Positions 1 through 13,911 of a stretch of 64,000 bases of DNA are shown here, in pieces (the first letter of the stretch is position 1; each line of letters begins with the position of its first letter). The notes beneath the pieces are model-generated. The model ran no database searches, had not been told where the DNA came from, and saw nothing but the letters and a program-made list of their open reading frames with translations. The stretch is from assembly GCA_964234715.1 (NCBI GenBank), contig OZ174286.1. One strand, written 5' to 3'. The stretch comes from Podarcis melisellensis. Its lineage: Eukaryota. The position numbers were made by a program, and so were the translations under genes.

Positions 1-680
1 CAACAACATTGAGGGACTGGATCCAGTGACACCAGCTTTTCAAAGTCTGATAATAATTTATATCTCTTCTAGGTAATCCCACTGTCCCCCAGAGGGAGGC
101 ACTGCCCATTTTGGGAAGCACTGAATTAGACGAAGGAAACAAGACAGGGAAAGCCCTGCATGAAACTGAGGTCCCGAACCATTTAGCAGTTTATGAAACT
201 GAGCCTGCACACAATTGAGCAGGACACTCAAAGCATCCATTCTTTAAAAGGGTTGCAGGCTAGCGTTACCAAAAGTTATCGAACCCCAGCATGTCTTTCC
301 ATAAGCAAAAACAGTCTGGTATTCGAAGATATGCCACCATTTTAATGGCAGGAAGAAATGTGCTACAAACTGCCAAATGAACACCCCAATTTGAACTTGG
401 AAAATCCTTTTGAACATACGCTGATCAAGGTTGTTTGATGACACCCCCCACCTCGAAAAGTCAAGGAATTCAAACCCAGTCATTGAAATTAGCAAAAATA
501 ATCACAACTCATGGAAAATTAAAAAAAAACAAGGTCATGTTAGAAAAAACGACAGAAGATAAACATAACTTAATAAAAGTGCATGTGCTATGTACAGGTA
601 TTCTTTCTATATTTGAGTGTTAGAACAACCTGATTTTATGCAATTTAAGACACGGACAGGTCAAGCCTGAAGCTCTTTTG

Positions 681-920
681 CTGCTTCTATTCCTTTCTAT
701 GGGTTTGTATTCTGCACCCTAACCAAGCTGCCTCAATTTCAACTCAATGCCACAAAATCATTGAGTACAGTTGCTTAAACACAACCACCCCTGAATTCAT
801 TTCAACTGCGAAACACAGGTTTTGGGTTGTTGTTTTTTCATAGGATAAAAATGAACCTAAGTTTCCCTTTAAGTAGGCATCAGTTGATAATTTTCACTTA
901 ATTCCCTGAAATTCAGGATA
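681..920. repeat. Flank sequence duplicated in inverted orientation at 62353-62592
   Basis: Hand alignment with the reverse complement of 62353-62592: 240 bp, no indels, 5 mismatches. Confidence 0.95.
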
Positions 921-1276
921 AAGGTAAAGGTAAAGGGACCCCTGACCATTAGGTCCAGTCGTGGCCAACTCTGGGGTTGCGGCGCTCATCTCGCTTTACT
1001 GGCCAAGGGAGCCAGCATACAGCTTCCGGGTCATGTGGCCAGCATGATTAAGCTGCTTCTGGCGAACTAGAGCAGCGCATGGAAAAGCCGTTTACCTTCC
1101 CGTTGGAGCGGTACCTATTTATCTACTTGCACTTTGACGTGCTTTTGAACTGCTAGGTGGGCAGGAGCAGGGACTGAGCAACGGGAGCTCACTCCATCGC
1201 TGGGATTCGAACCGCCGACCTTCTGATCGGCAAGTCCTAGGCTCTGTGGTTTAACCCACAGCGCCACCCGCGTCCC
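921..1276 (-). mobile_element. Sauria SINE, full length
   Basis: tRNA-like head GGGACGCGGGTGGCGCTGTGG...GGTTCGAATCC and (ACCTTT)n tail; 14-bp TSD TGAAATTCAGGATA at 907-920 and 1280-1293. Confidence 0.93.
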
Positions 1277-2561
1277 TTTTGAAATTCAGGATACTTTCCC
1301 CAAATATTCTGCTTTAAATTCTGAACCCTTAAAATCCATGCAGCATGTGGGGAGCAGCCATTGTACGAAGCGATCTGTCTGCCCTCACAAGTAAAGCATC
1401 ATGGGAAATGTGGTTTCAATCATGTGAAAATATTGCTCATCGTCATATCAAATGGCTAGAAGCAATATTTAAATACACGAACATTGTAAACATAAGCTTC
1501 TTCTCACAGTAATACAAAGCTAGCAAAACACTTGGACCATATATAAACTAACCTGCATCTTACTATGGATAGAAATGTGTTTGGGCTGCAGGTCAACAGC
1601 CTCAGGTGTGGCATACAAAAGGTACAAACCAATCATAAAGATAGTGGGAAATCAGAATGGGCAGTAAACAGTTCAAATGGGCAGTAAACAGTTCAAATTT
1701 GCAAGTTGGCACAATGATTTGGGTTCATCATGGAGGTCTTAAGATCTCAAAGTCATCCACCACTAAAGGATGCAAGGCTGTTGCATTCAGCTGACCATTC
1801 CAAACATGTTTAATGGCTCTGCTGCTTAATTAGTGTAACGAAGAAACAAAGCATCTCACAGTAAGTGCCTGAAATACAGCACCAAGAATTGAAAAAAATT
1901 CCACCTCCTTTTACTGAATAAAGGCACAGTCCCACAAAGATCATGATTGCAAAATAATCACCAGATAAAATAGCATCCAAGTATGGCTCTAAAACCAAGG
2001 AGCTGGGCTCTGGGCCAGTGAAATCTCATGCTACACTAAGCTAGACATTAATTTGCCAAAGCGCCTTTTACCGCTGAGTCAAAATGGGGCTTGGAGATGT
2101 CCCATGAGCACTTTTGTCCCCCAAAACTTTTTGGCATGCCTTTGCAAAAAAATGTGAGGAAGAGGGAACATGTCCTTGTTGCCAGTTCTCCTTCATCCCA
2201 ATCTAGTCAAGTAAAGAGCAGACAAGCCAGGCAAAATGCGATAGGGGTTGCACATCTGGAAGGAAGCATTGCTGAAAGTAATATAGTACAAATGGACAAC
2301 ATCATAACCAGATGTGCATCTTAAGTTGCAAATTTTGTAGAATGAAAGCCCCAAATACCTGGAAGACTTTCTCCATCCCTACAGAACCTCTCAGGTGTTG
2401 AGATCAGCAGAGGGGCCCTCTTGGTAGTGCCTCCACCCTTAAAGGCTTGCAGGGAGCGGTGGCCCGGAAGAGGGCCTCCTCTGCGGTGGCCCCTAAGCTA
2501 TGGAACTCCACACTCACATAACAGCAGCTGGCACCTTCATTGTACAGCTTCCAATGATTGC

Positions 2562-2681
2562 CGAAGCTACCAGCATGAGTTTGACCAAACTGCGGGAGGC
2601 AATGGAAGACAGGAGTGCCTGGCGTGCTCTGGTCCAGGGGGTCACCAAGAGTTGGACATGACTAAACGACTAAACAAACAA
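2562..2681 (+). mobile_element. BovB (RTE) LINE 3' end fragment
   Basis: Matches the 3' ends of the copies ending at 48019 and 53970 (CAGCATGAGTTTGACCAAACTG...GACTAAACGACTAAAC). Confidence 0.85.
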
Positions 2682-2772
2682 GAGCAAGACAGGGAGCATT
2701 AGCCCAGCAAACTAGTCAAGTGTCCAATATGTGATCCTTCATTGCCTGTGTAGTCACTCATGATCCACAATA

Positions 2773-2953
2773 TCATAGAAATGTAGAATTGGAAGGGACC
2801 CTGAGGGTCATCTGGCTCAATGCCTTCCAATGCAGGAATCATACCTGTTTCAGAGTCATGAGTTTGGGCCCCTTGTTAGGCATAATATTCCTGCAAGCGG
2901 TGGGTTGGCCTAGATGACCCTGTAGCCCCTTCCAGCTCTAAAATTCTATCATT
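2773..2953. mobile_element. Two short CR1-tail-type repeats in opposite orientation
   Basis: CATAGAA...TTGGAAGGGACC...TCATCT on one side and its reverse complement (CTAGATGACC...CCTTCCAGCTCT...ATTCTAT) on the other. Relatives at 19963-20060, 27745-27810 and 43302-43420. Confidence 0.6.
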
Positions 2954-4044
2954 CTGGTGTGGTTGTTTGGTTTTGTAAAGTGTGTGTGTTGAAGCAGGGT
3001 AACAACACCTGCAAAAAAAAATAAGTTCTAAATATTGGGAATAGTGGATAGGATTTTTCAAAGATTCCACTCACTCCCCACCCCCACCCCATGCACTGGA
3101 AAAGGAACCTCACCTAAATTTGGCACAGCATTACTTTTTTTTCAAACTAATTTGCTCTAAAAGTGCAATTAGCAGGCAATATACATGTGAGTAATATTAA
3201 AGTACACCTAAAACACATTTTTGTCTGTAGACGTTCAGAGAACCTAATGGGTCTTCTGGCTGAAATGCAAAAACTGCCCCTGAATTCAAATTCAGGTGCT
3301 GGAGAAAACACTTAATCTGACACTTAATTCACAAATGTTACTTCTGGATCGCAAGTTTCTCACGGAGTCCAGTAATTCCAAAGCAAATAATGATAAATCG
3401 GCAAATTCAACTTTTAGAACTAGCTTTGATGTAAGACACATGGTTATGCCGAGGTAAATTTAGAATGGCACTGAACTACTGTGTTCAACACCAGAAAAAC
3501 CAAAGGTAAGGAGGACTGGATTCTTCCTATAAACTATTACATCACATCTAAAACTTGTTTTATGAAGTAATTCTTGGTACTAAATCAATCATATTCAGCT
3601 AAATAGACTGTATAATCATAGGAACAATGAAATTCAAACATTGCGGCTGTTTCTTTTTTCAGTTATATTAAATATGTACAGTGTATCACAGGCATCTAAA
3701 ACTGGCTTTTCAAAGAGAGGTGCCTCACGCTTTTCCTCTTAAGTATCTGTTTAGAAAAGACAGTAGAAATAGAAGATGATTTCACTTCCAGGTCACTGGC
3801 ACAAACTGACAGTGATTCCAATTAAGTCAATAGGTGATTGCCACTAGTTTAGATGGCCTGAAAAAGAGATTAGGCAAACTGATGCATTTTTAGTCCGGTT
3901 ATTAGCCACAATAGTCCAATGGCACCTCTACGTTCAGAAGCAGTAGTATATCTCAAAAATGCAAAGTTGCTGGAAACAGAAAAGAGCTGCTGCATCTGGG
4001 TCACTGCTGGAAGAAACAGAAAACTGGAAAATATGGATACACCA

Positions 4045-4272
4045 GTGCAGTGTAGTGGTTAAGAGTGCTGGAGCATGACCCAGGAGACCAGGGTTCGAAT
4101 TCGTGCTCAGCCATGAAGCTCACTGGGTGACCTTGGGCCAGTCTCGGCCTAAGCTCGCAGGGCTGTTGTAAGGATGAAACAGGGAGAAAGAGAGCATATA
4201 TGCTGCCCTGAGCTCCTTGAATGAAAGGCAGGGAAAAAATGTGAGCTAAATAAATAAATAAATTAATAAATA
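4045..4272 (+). mobile_element. tRNA-derived CORE/MIR-like SINE
   Basis: A box-like TGTAGTGGTTAAGAGTG, B box GGTTCGAATTC, core GGGTGACCTTGGGCCAGTC and (AAAT)n tail. Relatives near 11350-11455 and 59660-59985. Confidence 0.7.
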
Positions 4273-4785
4273 TTGGCCCCAATCCAGCAGGTATAGTGAT
4301 TCACTGATCGTATGCTGCCAAGGCAAGTCAGTTCCCTTATGGCTGAATAAACACAGCAACTAAAGGTGCTATTCTAAATTTTCAATTATTGTTAGTCATA
4401 AAATGCATCATTTGCAAATCATGCTTTGCCTACATTACCATGAGTGGACTTCAGGATTCTCCCCAGCACACTGCTGTATTCTATTCATTCCCTTGAAGCA
4501 CAGTGCAGTTTTCTTTCAAAAAGTCAGTGAGCATGCAAGGGAGTATTCTCAAATCTGCCACAAATCAGGATACTGCCCGATTCCAGCAGTAGAGATTAAG
4601 CTCCTCACACTTTAGCAGAACTTCACTGCAATTTAGAAGGGGCTTATCAAAATCACCCCCATTGCTCAGCATTTGCTTCTTCCAGTCCTAAGCCCTTTCG
4701 GGAATTCAGTCAGCTAGCACAAACATTGGAGATCTTATGGCTTGAGCTCCAAGCTGCAATCTCTGCAACCAGCTTCTCGGGGGCG

Positions 4786-4932
4786 CTACGTCAGTTTCTT
4801 CATTCTGCGGTTTTGTTTGTCAATATTCATGGTGGCTCGATCCACAGAAGAGGTGATGCCATCAAGGGCTTCGTCCTGCCTTTCCAGTTCTGTCTCCGTT
4901 TCCAAGGCCAGGCTCTTGAGTTTCCGGAGAAT
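4786..4932 (-). CDS. SNAP47: SNAP47 last coding exon (C-terminal SNARE motif, stop)
   Basis: Manual translation ILRKLKSLALETETELERQDEALDGITSSVDRATMNIDKQNRRMKKLT*. Acceptor tttctgaacag, TAG at 4788-4786. Spliced CDS totals 1266 nt (421 aa). Confidence 0.95.
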   Translation of the reverse strand: MLRKLKSLALETETELERQDEALDGITSSVDRATMNIDKQNRRMKKLT

Positions 4933-7767
4933 CTGTTCAGAAAAGACACCAAGATTAATTTATCAGCAACACTTGGTTAAAAGCTTTGCCAGAAATTAGC
5001 AGAGTCCCCACAAATACCCTGCAAAATCTTTCAGATTCTTTACTGCGGGGTGAGGAGAATAGAAAAAATACACTGTTAGAAGAGACCTAGAACTTATCTA
5101 AAATCCCAAATAATGTATTCCTCTGATTAATGGGTAAGAGGGCTGTCTTCCACCATGGAGCGAGTGGATGTATGCATGTGAAACCAATCTGCTGATTAAT
5201 TTTTTTGGGCTGGATGAGGCAGCATAGATAGGGAAATTCTGTCGATAAAGGATCAATATCAGAAGACTGACAAGACAAGGGTCTTCTAGTCCCAAACCCC
5301 TATTATTTCAATGTATGACACATACAAGATACGGTGCTAAATTTCAATTATTTGTGATAGGCACTGATCTTCACAACATTGCTTTCCAGAAAAAATGGCT
5401 CGTTTTTGAACATGTGTGCAGGTATGCAGGGACTCTCTCACATAAACACACACACGGTTTTATTGTTGCTTGTACCCAGGCATCATTAACACACATTTCA
5501 ACCTTAACAGACAGTATTAAAAATTATTAGTATGTGAATTTCCTATGTATGCCAAAGTAACTACAACTATGTAACCAAAGTAACTACAACTGTGTACAGT
5601 GAGGTTTGCTTCCAGTCAAGTGTGCCTATGATTTCCTAAAACATCAATTCTATTTGTTCTGCCTTAATAACATTTCCATCTGCAATGTAATGACCAACTG
5701 AGGCATAGGCAACATCAGTAAAATAAAAAGGGAGTAAAATAAAAATCCATTCTTTTTTCCAGCAGCTGACAACAGCTGGATTAAATCCTCCTCTTTCAGC
5801 AGCTTTGCAGCTAGGGCTGCTTTGTGTGAGAATGAGGTTTGACTCTGAGGTTGGGCCAAGTTGGGGGAGAGAGAAAGAGATGGCTATTTTGGTGGAGTAA
5901 AATGATGACAAGATGTCTGGTCATTGAAGCCTGGGCTCAACCGGTTTCCTAAAAGATTCAATGCCCTTTTAAAAAAATCAAACTCTAATTTGGACAGAGG
6001 GATTACAAATCAAAACTGAAAACCTCATTTTACTGTACAACATGATAGCATGTATTGGGTAATCAGCTCCCCAAAATCTGATAATCTGTCATTAACCAAG
6101 GAAACTCTGTTATGCAAACCAGCTAATTATAGACATTCAACAAGTGTCCCCATTTAGCCCCAAAGCAGCATGATCCAATTAAAAAGCCTTTCAGGGAAAA
6201 CATTGCTGAGCAGCTTCCTTCTCCGTGGCACTGAACTGCATGCATCTATTTCTTAGCACAACACTTTGTGCACTTGTCCAAAGGCAATTCATTCCCACTT
6301 TCTCAGTATCCATCTATACGGTCATGGAGTAAACCATGGTATGGTCTGGGTTGTCAACATGTGAATTGCTCTATCAACAGCTGCACACATGGGCACCAGA
6401 ATGAGTTTCTACATTCTAGCAGGAGAGGACAGTACCTATCAACACTCATCATATGTTCTGTGCATCCCATTCTCTCATTTCTTGGAATTTCATTGCCTCT
6501 GATAAAGGAAAAACTCTCAGCAGGAAGACGCCTAATGGGTTTTAAGTTGCTAATTTGCAGTGATCCACCTCTAACTGGATTAAAATTGAGATGTGCCCTT
6601 TCTCAGCTACTCATACCTGTTCATCGGCCCTTCCTCCAACGACAGACCAAGGTAACATTCTCTATAAAGATTATAGGACTTCTCTGCTAAGACAACTAGA
6701 GCCCACTGTTGGAAGTTTGGGTGCAACTCAGCTTGGAAAAAGGGGGTTTAGAAATAGAGTGGAAGGCTAACCTTTTCTCTGACATCATTTCCCCATTGGC
6801 ATCTGGTTGGCCATTGTAAAAACAGGATGCTGGAATAGACGGGCCATTGGCCTGATCCAGTAAGCTCTTCTCATGAGCCCAGGAAAGTCTTAGTCAAGCC
6901 CTTGATAGCCACATTCTCTGGAAACTTGCATTCTTTCAACAAACCCCAATCCTCCTCCTGTATCTCATGAGCCTGAGCCAAAATTGGACTTAATTATTGT
7001 AAGATTAGGGTAGATTGGTCAACCAAGTATGTGGCACTGACTCAAAGTACTACCACCATTTCTGCTCTAGCGGAATACAGCTGGAGTTCAAAATCTAACA
7101 AGCTTTTACTGTCATAAGTAAAGGCTGCATTCTGCATGCAGGTCCAGCACGTGAAGAAGCAACAAAATTCCTCAAGCTAAACGTCCTACCTCACAGGGGA
7201 TTCTGCTTGTTTTGTGCCAGAATTCTTCCTTGAGGCTGGGGGGGGGGGGGGGAGGAAACCTTCACATGGGTTCTAAGGAGAGGGAGGCTCTGTTTTGTTG
7301 GCAGGAAGGGAGGGAATGTGTAACCAGAGTACAGGAGGCTGGACAATTATGAGCCAGGAGGTCAAGAAGCAGGAATGTCGGGCAGATAAGAGGCAGAGGC
7401 AGTGTATGTGGTAGCTGTGAGCTGGAGGCCACATTAGTTTGAATGAACTATGGTTTTTTGTTTTTTTTTAATAGAGCTTGCATTCCATTTTGGTATGCAT
7501 TTTTATGCTGAGTAATTCTGATTTGAAATAAGCAAGTATTTACACTTTCCTTCCCTCCTGCTCCTATGTTAGAACTAGCCAGACCCTGGCTGGGCAATAC
7601 AAACAAGTTAACCCATCTCCCTTCTAGACATTTACTCCATGCTCCACAAACCACACAGCAAGAAAGGAGGGAGTCCCTAGTTGAAAAATGGGAGCATGGT
7701 AAGTCTGCGGCGGACCAAGAAGCTGGGCTGCCCACCCTGCTATCAGCCTGAACTGATGCTGACGTAC

Positions 7768-7904
7768 CTGTTTGAGTTCCTGAGTTTCAGACTCTGAAAC
7801 CACCTGCTGTTGCTTCTGTAGCTGAGCCTGCTGGCTTCCTCCTGCTCCTCGCGAGGAGGAGGGTGTTGGTCCAGCTTGCACTATGTTTCCTATCAGTCCT
7901 GTTG
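7768..7904 (-). CDS. SNAP47: SNAP47 coding exon 3
   Basis: ATGLIGNIVQAGPTPSSSRGAGGSQQAQLQKQQQVVSESETQELKQ. Acceptor cttcttcttgcag, donor CAG|gtacgt; 137 nt, phase consistent. Confidence 0.9.
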
Positions 7905-8083
7905 CTGCAAGAAGAAGACGGCAGGTTGGAATCCAGAAAAACAAGAGCACTTGACATATTTTATTTGGAAAAATCCAAAGCTTTCTATTCATTAGGGTAA
8001 CCATTTCACATACCATGGATACAACTGTACATTGATAAAAATGTAGGCTACCCAAAGCAGCAACCCTATATTGAGCCCATACC

Positions 8084-8173
8084 CATAGCTGTCAACGTTT
8101 CCCTATTTTAAAGGGAAATTCCCTTATTCCGAATATGATTCCTCGCAATAAAAGGGAAAAGTTGACAGCTATG
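8084..8173. mobile_element. 90-bp hAT-type MITE
   Basis: 13-bp perfect TIR CATAGCTGTCAAC...GTTGACAGCTATG; perfect 8-bp TSD CCCATACC at 8076-8083 and 8174-8181. Confidence 0.85.
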
Positions 8174-11100
8174 CCCATACCCCACACCCCCTCCATAATG
8201 TGAAGGACTTTTCACCCGGGGGGGGGGGCGTTGATGGACACCTCTTTGCCCAGGCTCCATGTCACCAGCTGATGCCGTTGTGGCAGCAAAATTCTCAGAA
8301 CCATGATGTCAAAGTCAGCTGTTCCTCGGAGTGGGAGATCTTGACACGGGGATTACATTAACACATTTGTGTGCTAAAGAACAGGCAGTTCTACAGACTT
8401 GCAAAGGGCTGTGCGGCTTTCAACCAGCGTATTCTTGCTTAAAGAGGTGGGGAGGAAGATAGCAACACAGTGACATCTGCAGGATTAAACATGCTATTAA
8501 CTGCAAACAAGACTTCATGTAGCAGATGGAACTGGGTTTGGCGAGGGTGGGGAGGAATCAAGACTTGCTAAGCATGGGGGTTACTCCCTCCATGCAAGAG
8601 CTTCCCATAAGGTGTCAGAGTTCACCACTGTTGAAAAGGGAATACTGGATGAGAGACCTTCCGTCTGCTGCAGAAATATAGTTTTCATATCCTGAGGTGG
8701 CAATGGCCTGCAATTGCTTGCTTAGGAAAAACTTATTCATGGCCTTTCCTGTAGGGCAGCGTGCACTAAAGGAAAATCTACAAGGCTTCCTGCAAAGGCA
8801 GAGGTCACCTTCTGATTTACCACTCGTTGTGCATTATTAGGCAAGCGCACTGGGTGGCTTGCATTCTAAAAAGTGGGTTGTGACTGGGCTGGTGGGAAGA
8901 GGCCAGGGGTGAACAACTAGCAGGGATGGATCTGAATAACTAGATGAAGGTTTAATAGGCAACATGCATAAGTAATACATGTGGACGACACCACAGTGCT
9001 CACTTATAACTTCCAAGCTAATGTCCACATGCTATCTGCCTTTGCCATAGGTGGATAGGACTTGGAGTACATGAACAAGCCCAGAGTACAAGATCCTGTA
9101 GGAGAGATGGGCGCTCCCATTTCTGGAGAAAGGGAAACAGGAAAGGGGGGGCGCAACTTCCATCCTGGCGCAAATCCCACAAAACAGCCCCTTCCCCTCT
9201 CATGCCCAAGACTCATCTTCCTCTTGGCATTTGGTAAAGGAGGCCCAAGTTGTCTGTAGCCTATTGCAACTCTGAACTTCCCTCGCTTTATTATTTGGAA
9301 AGCTGCATTAACTTTTCTCTTAACGTCAGTGCTGATGCCCTTTTACTCCTCTCCCTCAGTGCTGATTAACCAGCAGGGTGCAGATCCTCTGAAAACCACT
9401 TGCAAAGGCAGTCAGCTAGCCAACCTCAAAACAAAAATGTAAGCCAGATGATATTGGGGCTCCCGGAGTGAATCCACATGGTAGCACGCAGGTGGCCACT
9501 CCTGAAACAGCAAGCCACCTGTGGTTTATTTAAAGCGCTGGCTCCTATCATGGCATCTGATACCAGCTAAATGTGGCAATTAAAGGGCATTATTTGCAAT
9601 ACAGATAGTTGCAGGTGCTTAGCACCAGAAGTATCTCATTCTTGAAATGCTCTGACTAACCCCCCCCCCCAACCTGTGGTCCTTGCTGGAAGGGAGGAGG
9701 ACAACAACACATTTTAGAGGAAGCTGCCACTGCCATATAGCATCCTCCACCACCCCGACAGCTGTGGGGCAACAGGCCAGAAAGTGCGTCGGAAGCTGAA
9801 GCTCGCTCTTGGTTTCGAAGGACCCATGCCAAAACGTCTGGCCCTGTGACAGAGCCTGCTCCACTGCTCTGGATTGTGTTACTTAATGTAAAAGGCAGAC
9901 ACAAAAGCTACAGCTAAAAATAAAAGCTTCTAAATCCCCACGGGAGTAATTACTGCAAACTCTTAATCCCCTGGAATTATTTGGTTATCGCAGCATTAGC
10001 TCCTGAGCTGGGACCCAGGCAGATCTGCTACAAGAGAACCATTCATACCGGTATAAATTTAAACTTTGTCTGAAATCATCAGCTTGTGCCCAGTGAATCA
10101 AACTCCTGGTACAGGTGTAACACTGTAATTTCCACAGTAACACACTGGCTGAAACTTGTTTCTGTGTGTGCTAGGGATGTTCTGCAACTTCCCCTTTCAG
10201 GTGCCTCTCCCAAAACTTTAGCTGCTTGGTATACACTGCTTTATAAGAATAAGTTCAGGATGGGAAGCAGGCACACAGACGATGACTCAAGTGCGGGGAA
10301 ATATGGCAAGTGCAGGGCAGCACCATACTGGGACAACTGTGAATTCTGCTGGAGCTCTGGTTAAGTTAGGGTAGATGGTGATCTCACATTCTGAGTTGCT
10401 GAGCTGAGAATCAACACAGATCCATCACAGTCGCTGCTCTCCGCATAAAATTCATTCATGCCATCAAATTTGTTATACCTTCCTAAAAAGAGGTGGCAAG
10501 TTTTGTCTAAGGCAGACAGTGGACCCAAATTGGAAGAAGACATATACTCAAATTTTGTTCAGTGTGGCTTCTACAAGGTTGAGGAGTAAGAAGATATCAC
10601 AATATATGCAAACTTGCTAATACTGTTGGTAGGCATTTCACACCTTTTTTTTTAAAAAAAGGATACACAAACATTTGAGATGTACATGTGAACTTGCAAT
10701 GTGCACATGCTGCAAACTTGTTTCTGACAATGTACATTTTCTAGGGAAGTGGAAGTGCTGTGGCTCCCTACCATGTGTACAGACAATATGTATATGCTTT
10801 TCCCAGTGTGTACAGAAGCACCAAGTTAAGGAAGATGCTGTATCTGACGAATGATTGGTAGCCTCAAATGTTAAGAATACCGAAGAACCTCAAAACTTTT
10901 ATTTGAGGCTAAATTCTATCAGAATCATAACAATACAATGGTTTTTAATTCCTTCCACTTGCCTCGTTTCCTCAAGCTCTGCACCTATCATCAATAGTTT
11001 TGATTTATTTTCACAAATATGAGAGCAACAAGGGGAGGCTCAGGTTCATTCCCCAACATCTCCAGAAATCTCAGGGAGCAGGGCTGGGAAGAACCTCTGG

Positions 11101-13911
11101 GCAGGACTATGGGAGGCGCTGCAGGTAGCAGGAGCAGACAACCATCAGCTGAACGAAGCGGCAGCCTGATTCAATACACGGTGCCTTCATATGAAAAGTA
11201 TGAAAAGTGGCGTGCGCAGCAAAATTAACTACCCTGAGCAATATGGGGCACACCTTCCTCCAGAGTCTCTAGGTTAGTGTCTCTCAATAATTATTCAGTT
11301 CTAGGGAATTCTACCTTGGAATAAAGGCTGACCAGATGTCCCAGGAAGCCACAGTGTGGTGCAGTGGGAAGGAGGGGTTTGAGTCTCAAAGAGTCAAGGT
11401 CAACTCATCCTTGATCATGAAGCTCACTGGGTGGCATTTGGCAAGTCATTCTCTCTAGTTTGGTGTTCGTGTACGCATATTGTCCTATTGGTATCTGGCA
11501 AATCTAATTTGTGCTTACACTGTGGCAACAGGGAGAAGGGCCACAGAACACGTGTTTGCATAAAAAGGTCCCCGCTTCAACCTACAGCATCTTCAGGAAG
11601 AGCTGGGAAAGACTGGCGTCTGAGCTAGCTGGATCAATAAGCTGACTTTGGTATAAGCCCAGACCCCAGCGTCCCCCCCCCCCCCGGCTGCAAAAGCAAG
11701 CAGACACCTGGATTCTGGAAGGGAGGAAGCAAGACAATGAACCGGAGCACCCAAGCATCCTCATCAAATCAAGTTTTGACAATGCCAATGCATTTCAGCT
11801 CAGGTGCAATGCTCCTTTCTGGGAACTGTTCCATGAAAGTGTCTGCCACTTCCAACAAGAAACCTATGGCTCAAATGCCCTGGGATATTCCCAGACACAA
11901 GGCTTTTTACAAAGCCGAAAATACTTTTGAGATATTTCCTTGACGATTTTGCTCACTGCAGTTTAAAGCAGGTTGCAACAAACAGGTTGTGCCATTGGCC
12001 CGAGGAAGACAGGACCTGAAGCAGAACCATCCGTGACTTTTTTATATTAGACAGTCGAAGGATAGACATACATGGCTCTTACTATTAATAATAGCAATAA
12101 CGACAACCTGTGTAGCAGGTTAAGGCAAAAAGAAGGACCTCAGCTTCCAGAGGTTTAAGATTACTGGTTTAAAATGCCAGAGAAGATTGAATGATAGCAA
12201 TTTGCACCTAAAATTGTGGGCCTCTTGATTCTGACAGCTGAACAAGTCACTTTGGTAAAACGAAGTGCTCTCTCAGAGATTATGTTCAGCTAAGAGGCAA
12301 GTGCACACAATTCATGCTATTCAGTTTGATCTCAGCCCACCATTCAACAGACAATAGCTAGTTACAAGGCAGCAATAGTATGCCCATGCGTCACTTCATA
12401 CAGGGACTCTACAAGAAGTCTCTGAATTGCCTTGATCTGTGAATAAAACAGACAGATCTACTTGCTTCCTCCCTGCTCTACCACTTTAGGAAAATTAATT
12501 TTTTGTTTATGTAAAAAGAGATGGAGAAGAGAAAACACTGGCGGGTAAGATGTGGTGGTAGACTACCATCTAGTGGCGGTGCAACGTCAATGGCAAAATA
12601 ATATAGAGAATGAAAGAACAAGCAAGATGACTAGAGCAGCTTTTGGGGGAATTGCAAAAAGTCAAAATTTCCACCACCTCTTGCTTTCTGTTATTGATGT
12701 TTCCTACTTAACAGTAAAAACACTTTTTGGTTGGTGTGTAAAAAATAAAACTGACTGAAATATAGAAGTAGGAAAGAGGAGAGAGTTAAGATCCGGACCA
12801 CAAAAGAAGTTCTTTATGTAACTGCAGTTGTCACATCAGGAACTAAACACCAATTTGCCAGGATGTAGCTCAGTGCTTAAAAAACCAGCAGGTTGTTTTT
12901 CCTCTGAGTTGTTAACGCTGACATTTTACCGCCAGGTGCCTGGGAGTTATTTCCTTTAAAATTAATAAGCTTTTCCAAGCACTGGACCTCAGCGACTGGT
13001 CAACAAGAGAACGTTTTAATCCCTGCAGAAATCTAATTTTAGCATGGGGCACAACAGAGCACAGCTTCTTAACAGATTGGCTTGAGATTGCATTGTATGT
13101 TTTTGAGTGCTGGAAAATTCTCTTAAAACAAAGTGTTTGCAAAAGGAAGAAACACACAACCAAAGACTAAGATGCACAGGGTCTTCTGTAATATAACCCA
13201 AATGCTGTGCTTAATTGTTCAAAACAGCCTACCCACAGTTCCAAAATTTGGAATTTCCATAGAATACTGTAATTAAGACAGGAAATGATGGAAATGATAA
13301 AAAGAACACACAGGAATTTCACGGAAAGATGTGTTGCATTATGGTAATAGAAGCCTGGAGATGTAGATTCCATCTGGTCTTGTGTGTGCTGTGGAATGGG
13401 TTTTCATCACCCATATTTGGAGGTACTAGTTAAAATGGGTCTATATGTAAGGCTATCTGTAAGGTTTAGCAATCTCCAGTTTAAGCAAACTATGAAAGGA
13501 GGACATTCATTCAATGAGATTCCTCCAAGATTATTTCAGTAATGTCCCAGTGGTCCTCTCTTGCATCTAAAACTGTACTGCAGAACTACCAGAAGAATAT
13601 TATTTGCATGGGCTAAGGAGGAGAAAACATTTGAGAACTATCAATCAGCAAATTCCTAGTCCAAATTCTACTGCAGCCATAAACTCATCAGCAATTGCTG
13701 ATTTTATGCAAACCTGCCTTAATGCATTGTTGTAAGAATTACTGAGATGATGTATTTGAGGTGCTCTGAATACTCTTAAAATCCTCTTAAAATGCCATGT
13801 ATTATTATTGCTAATACGTGTTCTCAATAAATGCACTAAATTTATTTAACAGATGGTTAGTTCTGTTGATTAATATGCAGGATTAGTGATCATCTTCCTT
13901 CTGCCCTTTAC

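Noticed and set aside
1170-1276. tRNA-like A/B boxes as a tRNA gene
   Set aside because: They are the heads of SINEs and continue into SINE body sequence.
1657-1699. 20-bp tandem duplication (similar ones at about 5552-5597 and 39876-39906)
   Set aside because: Two-copy slippage duplications with no spacers or array structure; not CRISPR-like.
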